Below are positions 57,909-64,000 of a DNA stretch of 64,000 bases, piece after piece (positions within the stretch are counted from its first letter, which is position 1; the number at the start of each line of letters is the position of its first letter). The notes under the pieces were generated by a model. It saw only the letters and a list, made by a program, of their open reading frames with translations, was not told the origin of the DNA and did not search any database. This stretch comes from Candidatus Kapaibacterium sp. (lineage in GTDB: Bacteria; Bacteroidota; Ignavibacteria; Kapaibacteriales; UBA2268): positions 340,511 through 404,510 of the forward strand of contig OY761611.1 of assembly GCA_963664875.1 (NCBI GenBank). The letters are read 5' to 3'. A program made the translations under genes and the position numbers.

Positions 57909-59270
57909 ATGAAATTAGCAGGGAACTTAGATAAGATTGCGTGGACCATAATTGACAAAGCCCTATTTGTCTTTTTTGCTGTAGTTGTACTTAAACTGAT
58001 AATGAGTTCAATTTCGATATCCGATTGGGGAGTTTTCCAACAGCTTATTCAAATTCATACTTTTATATTTGTGATTATAGATGGTTTGGCACTCCAAAGT
58101 GTAATTCAATACGGTCAAGATAAAAATACAGCTCCATTTGTAAATACAGTATCGATGGTATTGATTCTAATTATTTCCCTTTTTGCTTCCTTAATAGCTT
58201 TTGTTTTCCAAAATCAGATAGCGTGGCTGATGGGCGAAGACAGATATCTAATTATACTTAACTTATTGCCTTTAATGATATTTGCAATGATACCAAGGTT
58301 TATGAGTATCAAATTTTTATACAGAGATTTGAATTATAGAAATCTTTTTGTAACTAACCTAAGTTATTTTGGTGTAATTACTTTGATTGTTATATATATA
58401 AAATCAAATCAGTTTTCAAATCTAAGTGAAGTATTTGACGACAAAGTCATATTTGACATAGATTCTTTATTTAACATATATTTTTATTCTGCTATAGTAA
58501 GCTCAGCTGTCGGTTATATCCTAACAAGACATAGCTGGAAATTCTCTTTGAAAAAATCCATTACGATAAGACAAATTCTCAATTTTAACACCCCAATAGC
58601 TTTTAGTTCTGTACTGCATTCTATGCCTAAACTTTTAGATGTTCTAATCATACAGTTTACATTAGGCAAAAATTCAGGAGCAGATGTTGTAGGAATTTAT
58701 AGTGGTGCTAAAATGTTGATGAGAGGTTTCGAAGATTTAACATCAGCAATTTATGGTATAATTTATCCGTTATCGAGGAAATATATAGCAAGAGGTGAAC
58801 TGGAAAATGCAAAAGTGCTAATAACAAAGGCAATCTCTTTTATGTTATTGTTTTTTATATTTATATCTTTGATGCTATATACAGGATTGTTTGATGGAAT
58901 AATAAACTCTATCCTACCTGAAAAATATAAGATTGATTCGGAGCTAATGAATCTACTGGTTGCGTTCAAGATACTTGTAATTGCCGGAATTGCCTTACCG
59001 TTTACAACTATTGCCGGTATTATAAATGCAGATGATAAACCAATGGTAGTTGTAAAAATAACTCTAATCTCTGTATTATTATCTGTTATAACTTTTGGCT
59101 TGTTTGGTTTCCTGGAAATGACACAGCTTATTCCGCTCGGACTTGTAGCCTTTTATAGCAGTATTGCAATAAGCTATATTTTCTATCTAAGAAAACATTA
59201 CAATGTGCAGTTACTTCAATATTTCAGAGCAATACCGGATACTTGGCATTATATTAAAAATAAGATATGA
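57909..59270 (+). CDS. Polysaccharide biosynthesis/MOP-superfamily flippase (Wzx-like)
   Basis: 453 aa, ~12-14 TM helices, typical Wzx length; 1-nt gap after the upstream heparinase-like gene. Confidence 0.5.
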   Translation: MKLAGNLDKIAWTIIDKALFVFFAVVVLKLIMSSISISDWGVFQQLIQIHTFIFVIIDGLALQSVIQYGQDKNTAPFVNTVSMVLILIISLFASLIAFVFQNQIAWLMGEDRYLIILNLLPLMIFAMIPRFMSIKFLYRDLNYRNLFVTNLSYFGVITLIVIYIKSNQFSNLSEVFDDKVIFDIDSLFNIYFYSAIVSSAVGYILTRHSWKFSLKKSITIRQILNFNTPIAFSSVLHSMPKLLDVLIIQFTLGKNSGADVVGIYSGAKMLMRGFEDLTSAIYGIIYPLSRKYIARGELENAKVLITKAISFMLLFFIFISLMLYTGLFDGIINSILPEKYKIDSELMNLLVAFKILVIAGIALPFTTIAGIINADDKPMVVVKITLISVLLSVITFGLFGFLEMTQLIPLGLVAFYSSIAISYIFYLRKHYNVQLLQYFRAIPDTWHYIKNKI

Positions 59271-59327
59271 TTGTAACAATTATTTCTTATTTTAGTCTCT
59301 ATAATAATACAATTTATAGAGGCTCTC

Positions 59328-62300
59328 ATGAAATATATATACTATTTACTAATATCTGTTTTCTTGCCTACTTTTGCTTTCTCACAAAGTCTTTTTATTC
59401 AAAATACTGAGGGATCTACTACTATAGATACGAAGTCTTTTGAATATTACTTACAACGAGATGGAATATCAAGCCACTTCGAAAAGATTTATATTGAGAA
59501 CAAACCAATAGAAATGATTTTGACTCTTAATACATCTCTTTTTGAAAACACTATTCTGAAGACAAATCACACACATAAATTTCAAATCCCAAAGAATATA
59601 TATTTGACAGGTAAAGTCAAAAACATAGACAGTTCATTTGTATCCTTATCCGTTTTTCAAGATAAACTTTTTGGATTGATAGAAATAGACAATAACGCAT
59701 ATATCGCTACGGAAATCGAGAACGGAAAATTTGTTTTTACCAAAGTTGACAAAGAAGCAAATATTATCAAAGATTTTTGCAAAAATGAACTACTTCAGGA
59801 AAATTTGGAATTCGAAAATGAGATATTGCATTTATACCACACACATGAAAAAGATAAGAGCAATACAGATATTAAACTATCAAATAAAAGGACTATCAAA
59901 GTTGCCTTAGAATCAGACTTTGAATTCTTTTCGATTATGGGAAATGACAGTGTTTACGTTGCTGAATATATATTGGGACTTTGGGCAACCGTAAATTCAA
60001 TATATGAGAGAGATGCCAATGTAAGAGTCTCTGTGCCTTTTCTTAATATTTGGACAGTAGATGATCCTTATCCGGGAAGCAATGCATCAACTCTTTTGAA
60101 TCAGTTTAAAGACTATTGGAAACAAAATGACCCTTACTCTGATAGATCTGTGGCTTCTTTAATATCAGGGCATATTGGTCAGGGTGGATTGGCATGGGTA
60201 GGTCAGCTTTGCAATGAACAATGGGGCTACTCATTTATGACGCTACATGGTAACTATATATATCCACGTAACGATTACTTTTGGGATTTACATGTTACTT
60301 CACACGAATTAGGTCACAATGTTGGATTAGTTCATACGCATAACTGCAACTGGGAGCCTCCGATTGATTCTTGTTACGAGGCAGAAAGTGGTAATTGCTT
60401 TACTCAGACAGTACCTACTGTTGGAACAATTATGAGCTATTGTCACTTAAAAGCTGGTGCCTCTGTTGATTTACATTTCCATTCAAGGTGTGTACCGATT
60501 GTTCAGGCAGCAGTGCAGCAAGCATTGTGTACTCCAATGACAGATACTCCTTCCTTGACGTTGCCAAATAATTACACAACTTGCAATAATACCAGCGTTG
60601 AAATAGGAGCTGATGCTACAGGTGGTACGCCGCCTTATAGCTATTTATGGATTAAAGGCAGTAATATACAAAGGTATGACACAAACTTTACTAAAGTTAA
60701 TCCTCAGAATAATGAAATGTATGTACTTAGAGTAAGAGATGCAAATAACTATGAGGTTTTTGATACTACAATTGTTTATGTAACTCCTGCGCCGGAAGCT
60801 AATATAGTCGGTGATGCTGCTGTTTGTGAAGACAAATTGCACTATTATTATACTAAATATGATAATGATTACACTTACAAATGGTATGTAGATGGGGCAG
60901 AGGCTTTAAATTCTGATACAATGAATTATATGGAACTTATCTGGTATGAACCGGGCGTAAAAACTCTGAAGGTAGTTGTTAGCCAAAGGGTAGGTGTTTG
61001 TGTAGATTCATCAGTTTTTAAAGTAGATGTCTTAGAAATGGGGATAGATTCCATTGCCGGCCCCAAGATAGCTTGTCAATATTCGAGAGTTGATTACTCA
61101 ACAAGCGATAACGATGAACTTTACTATTTTTGGAAAGTGATGGGAGCTACGAAAAAAACAGCTAATGAAAATAGCTGCAGCATTAGTTTGGACACGTTAG
61201 GATTTGCTACAATCAGACTAATTGCTCAACATAAAGTCTCTGGCTGTCTTGATTCCGTTGATTATCATGTTGAAGTCTTACCACAACCTGTAGCAGAAAT
61301 AATCTGTCCGGATACTTTGTGTGAGTATTCAGAAGTAATTGTAACAACTCCTATGCCTGAATTCGATGTACATAATACATGGAGCATCACAAATGGTAAG
61401 ATAATACTTCAGAACGATTCTACATTGATTTTTTCTACTTATAGAAAAGGGATTATCAATATTGGACTGAAATCAGAAAATTTCAATGGCAGCTGTATAG
61501 ATAGTGTTAATAAGGTGATTGACATAATCGAAATCAATGCACCTGAGATACAAGCTCTAAAAGAGACCGTCTGCGTAGGTGAGATTTGTGAATTATATAC
61601 AGATTTTATTGACATGTACAACTACTATTGGTCTGCTAATTCATCAATAATATTGAATCAGGATAAAGGAGATTGTGATTTAAGATTTTTAGAACCTGGC
61701 AAACATCAAGTCAGGTTGATTATTGAACATAAAGATTTTCTATGCCGAGATACTTCTTATTTTGAAATAAATGTTATTCAAGGCCCTGAAGTATCTCAGA
61801 TAGATGGTGAAAAGACTGTTTGCCGACAATCCATATACATGTATAAAGTCAATATAGATAATACATTGAAATATAAATGGATTGCGACAGACGGCAACTT
61901 GATGACAAGTGATGATAAATTCTATGTTGAAGTGGAATGGTATGGACAAAATCCTCGTCTTGAATTGATTGTAGAATCACAATCAACAGGATGTGAATCA
62001 ACACGTTCACTCAATATTGAATATTATGAAGAAGCTGTTATTGATATACAAGGTTCACAATATATATGCAATTACGATAAAGAATATGAATATGTGATTG
62101 TTGCTGACCAAAATCAGCAGTTTTCTATCGAAATTACAGGCGGCAATATAATTAAAGAAGAAGGAAATAAGTTGCTTGTTAAATGGTTAGAATCAAGTAT
62201 CGAGAAATATCTTATAATAAATACTCAAATCGATGCTAATGGATGTGAATATTCATATCCATTCAAAATAAGTGATAATATTGCAGATAATTACCAAATT

Positions 62301-63491
62301 GTGGGCGAAGAGACGCTTTGTTATAATTCGCCTTATGAGTATAAGATAGATAACTATAGAAATATAGAAGAAATCTACTGGTTTTACAATGGTAATGAAA
62401 TTTCTAATAATCTTGATTTGATACTCAATATAAAAGAAGAAGGTACTTTGCAGGCAGATTTGTATTTCTTAGATTCTTGTTTTGTGTCTATTACAAAACA
62501 ACTTATTATTGAACCAACTTCCGGAGCTTTGAAAATCGTAGGTACTGAAACATCTTGCTTTGAATGCGTCGAAGAATATGTTATTGAATCAGAGCCAAAT
62601 GCGATTGATTTCAATGTAGAAGTAGAAAATGGAAATGTGATAAAACAAAATAAGAATAAAATTCAAATTCAATGGGAAAATAAAGACTCTGGTAAAATAG
62701 TTGTAACTCCTACAGAAAATGGCAAATGTAATATTTCAGATACTTTGATAGTAGCTTTATCGACAGATCCAAATGTTGTGTTTGATATTCCTTCGGTTTT
62801 CTGTGTAGGCGATACTTTGATGTTAGAAACCACTAATTTGAACTATTCTGTTTTATGGGATTCAAAATTTGGAATTGTTAAAGATAGAAATTCGCACAAA
62901 ACCTTCATTTTTTGGTCAAATCCGGGCGAAGATACTGTAAGTTTGATAAAAACCTTAGGAGAAGAATCCTGGACATATAATAAAGCTATAACAATTAAGT
63001 CAAAACCGAATAAACCTGACTTTTCAATTGAGCAAGATGAGGCAACTTCTACGGTCTGCAGTATTGATGATAATTCAAATTGTGAGATACAGTGGTATTA
63101 TAATGGAGAAAAGATTTCCGGAGCTAATCAACTTACCTTACCTTTGACAAAAACAGGTTATTACAGAGTTGAACATATCTCAGAGTATGATTGTAGTGAA
63201 ATTTCTGATGCAAAATACTTCGAAAAAACGAGTGTAAGCGAAGAGTTACCTTCACAAAGTCAAACAATTATGATTTCTCCAAATCCTACTTCCGGTAGTT
63301 TGAATATAGAATCTACAGAAACAATAAGAACTCTTGAAATATTCGATGTCCTTGGTGTTATGTTGATGAAGATTGAGAATAGTGCTGATATTTATCAGAA
63401 TCAGATTGATTTGAGCAGTTATTCCAGTGGTATTTATTATATTAGCATAAATGATGGAGCCCACAGATTACCGGTTATTATTTCGAAATGA
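59328..63491 (+). CDS. Secreted zinc metalloprotease (HExxHxxGxxH, reprolysin/M12B-like) with ~8 tandem Cys-containing Ig-like repeats and T9SS C-terminal sorting domain
   Basis: Signal peptide; HELGHNVGLVHTHNC zinc site; repeated ~85-aa units (I.G....C....Y.Y......Y.W...G...........W...G.........GC); C-terminal ...LEIFDVLGVMLMKIEN...GIYYISI... T9SS CTD. Confidence 0.75.
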   Translation: MKYIYYLLISVFLPTFAFSQSLFIQNTEGSTTIDTKSFEYYLQRDGISSHFEKIYIENKPIEMILTLNTSLFENTILKTNHTHKFQIPKNIYLTGKVKNIDSSFVSLSVFQDKLFGLIEIDNNAYIATEIENGKFVFTKVDKEANIIKDFCKNELLQENLEFENEILHLYHTHEKDKSNTDIKLSNKRTIKVALESDFEFFSIMGNDSVYVAEYILGLWATVNSIYERDANVRVSVPFLNIWTVDDPYPGSNASTLLNQFKDYWKQNDPYSDRSVASLISGHIGQGGLAWVGQLCNEQWGYSFMTLHGNYIYPRNDYFWDLHVTSHELGHNVGLVHTHNCNWEPPIDSCYEAESGNCFTQTVPTVGTIMSYCHLKAGASVDLHFHSRCVPIVQAAVQQALCTPMTDTPSLTLPNNYTTCNNTSVEIGADATGGTPPYSYLWIKGSNIQRYDTNFTKVNPQNNEMYVLRVRDANNYEVFDTTIVYVTPAPEANIVGDAAVCEDKLHYYYTKYDNDYTYKWYVDGAEALNSDTMNYMELIWYEPGVKTLKVVVSQRVGVCVDSSVFKVDVLEMGIDSIAGPKIACQYSRVDYSTSDNDELYYFWKVMGATKKTANENSCSISLDTLGFATIRLIAQHKVSGCLDSVDYHVEVLPQPVAEIICPDTLCEYSEVIVTTPMPEFDVHNTWSITNGKIILQNDSTLIFSTYRKGIINIGLKSENFNGSCIDSVNKVIDIIEINAPEIQALKETVCVGEICELYTDFIDMYNYYWSANSSIILNQDKGDCDLRFLEPGKHQVRLIIEHKDFLCRDTSYFEINVIQGPEVSQIDGEKTVCRQSIYMYKVNIDNTLKYKWIATDGNLMTSDDKFYVEVEWYGQNPRLELIVESQSTGCESTRSLNIEYYEEAVIDIQGSQYICNYDKEYEYVIVADQNQQFSIEITGGNIIKEEGNKLLVKWLESSIEKYLIINTQIDANGCEYSYPFKISDNIADNYQIVGEETLCYNSPYEYKIDNYRNIEEIYWFYNGNEISNNLDLILNIKEEGTLQADLYFLDSCFVSITKQLIIEPTSGALKIVGTETSCFECVEEYVIESEPNAIDFNVEVENGNVIKQNKNKIQIQWENKDSGKIVVTPTENGKCNISDTLIVALSTDPNVVFDIPSVFCVGDTLMLETTNLNYSVLWDSKFGIVKDRNSHKTFIFWSNPGEDTVSLIKTLGEESWTYNKAITIKSKPNKPDFSIEQDEATSTVCSIDDNSNCEIQWYYNGEKISGANQLTLPLTKTGYYRVEHISEYDCSEISDAKYFEKTSVSEELPSQSQTIMISPNPTSGSLNIESTETIRTLEIFDVLGVMLMKIENSADIYQNQIDLSSYSSGIYYISINDGAHRLPVIISK

Positions 63492-64000
63492 TACCAATAA
63501 GTATAGAAGATATTAGAGATGAGCGATTAGATGTATATAGAAATATAAGGTCTAATCGTTCTGCATTATTAGTAGAAAACCGCACAATATGCGAAGGTAA
63601 AATACTATTAGAGCAAGCACTATTAACCGGTGCGGATATTCAATCTATCTTGCTTTCTAAAGATATGTTTGATATCTTCAGAGAACAATTAAGTACAGAA
63701 ACTGTAATTTATATTGCAGAAAAAGACATAATAGATGAAGTAGCAGGATACAAACTAAGAAAATCTATATTGTTTGACCTATCATTCAGTTATAGCTTCT
63801 TAAAAGAAGACGAGTTACCGGAGCAACTAATATTTCTAAACGGAATAATAAATTTTGAGAATGTAGGTTCGATTATTCGCAATGCAACGGCTTTTGGCTT
63901 CAAAGACATTATATTTGATTCGAAAACATGCAGCCCGTTTTATCCTCGTTCGATTGTAGTTTCTCGAGGTAGTGTTTTTCATTCAAAGGTTTATCAATGC
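63488..64000 (+). CDS. TrmH/SpoU-family RNA 2'-O-methyltransferase (5' part; gene runs off the window)
   Basis: ATGA overlap with the upstream stop; N-terminal substrate-binding domain then SPOUT motif LIFLNGIINFENVGSIIRNATAFG. Confidence 0.65.
   Translation, partial: MIPISIEDIRDERLDVYRNIRSNRSALLVENRTICEGKILLEQALLTGADIQSILLSKDMFDIFREQLSTETVIYIAEKDIIDEVAGYKLRKSILFDLSFSYSFLKEDELPEQLIFLNGIINFENVGSIIRNATAFGFKDIIFDSKTCSPFYPRSIVVSRGSVFHSKVYQC

Noticed and set aside
1-64000. CRISPR arrays, transposases, integrases or prophage remnants
   Set aside because: I found no regularly spaced direct repeats and no ORF with a transposase DDE/HTH, tyrosine-recombinase or phage structural signature. The tRNA-Lys triplet is not flanked by an integrase or attachment-site-like direct repeats.

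Overview
This is a low-GC (roughly one-third G+C by eye), gene-dense bacterial chromosomal segment. Several features point to a Bacteroidota/Ignavibacteriota-like (FCB group) organism: two large secreted proteins end in T9SS-type C-terminal sorting domains, there is a type III glutamine synthetase, a PPi-type phosphofructokinase signature, and many TPR/REC hybrid sensor kinases. Most of the window is core housekeeping and envelope genes (glmS, panC, yigZ, holA, dxs, nadD, pfk, GS-III, an LptD-like protein, OmpA-family proteins, glycosyltransferases), plus three identical tandem tRNA-Lys(UUU) genes. The most unusual part is 24.1-33.0 kb. It holds a 1513-aa fusion of an AMP-forming acyl-CoA synthetase (ANL) N-terminus, about 700 aa of unassigned sequence and a C-terminal GNAT acyltransferase. 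Divergent from it is a two-gene ATP-citrate-lyase-like pair (SucC-like plus SucD-like/citrate-synthase-like) whose large subunit carries about 250-300 extra residues and possibly an altered catalytic motif. Right after that comes a stretch of accessory-looking genes at 33-41 kb: an orphan protein with an Rx4H HEPN motif, a RecD/Pif1-like SF1B helicase with a C-terminal extension, and two small convergent hypotheticals. I saw no CRISPR array, transposase or integrase. All calls are from reading the six-frame translations and the DNA by eye, with no database searches.
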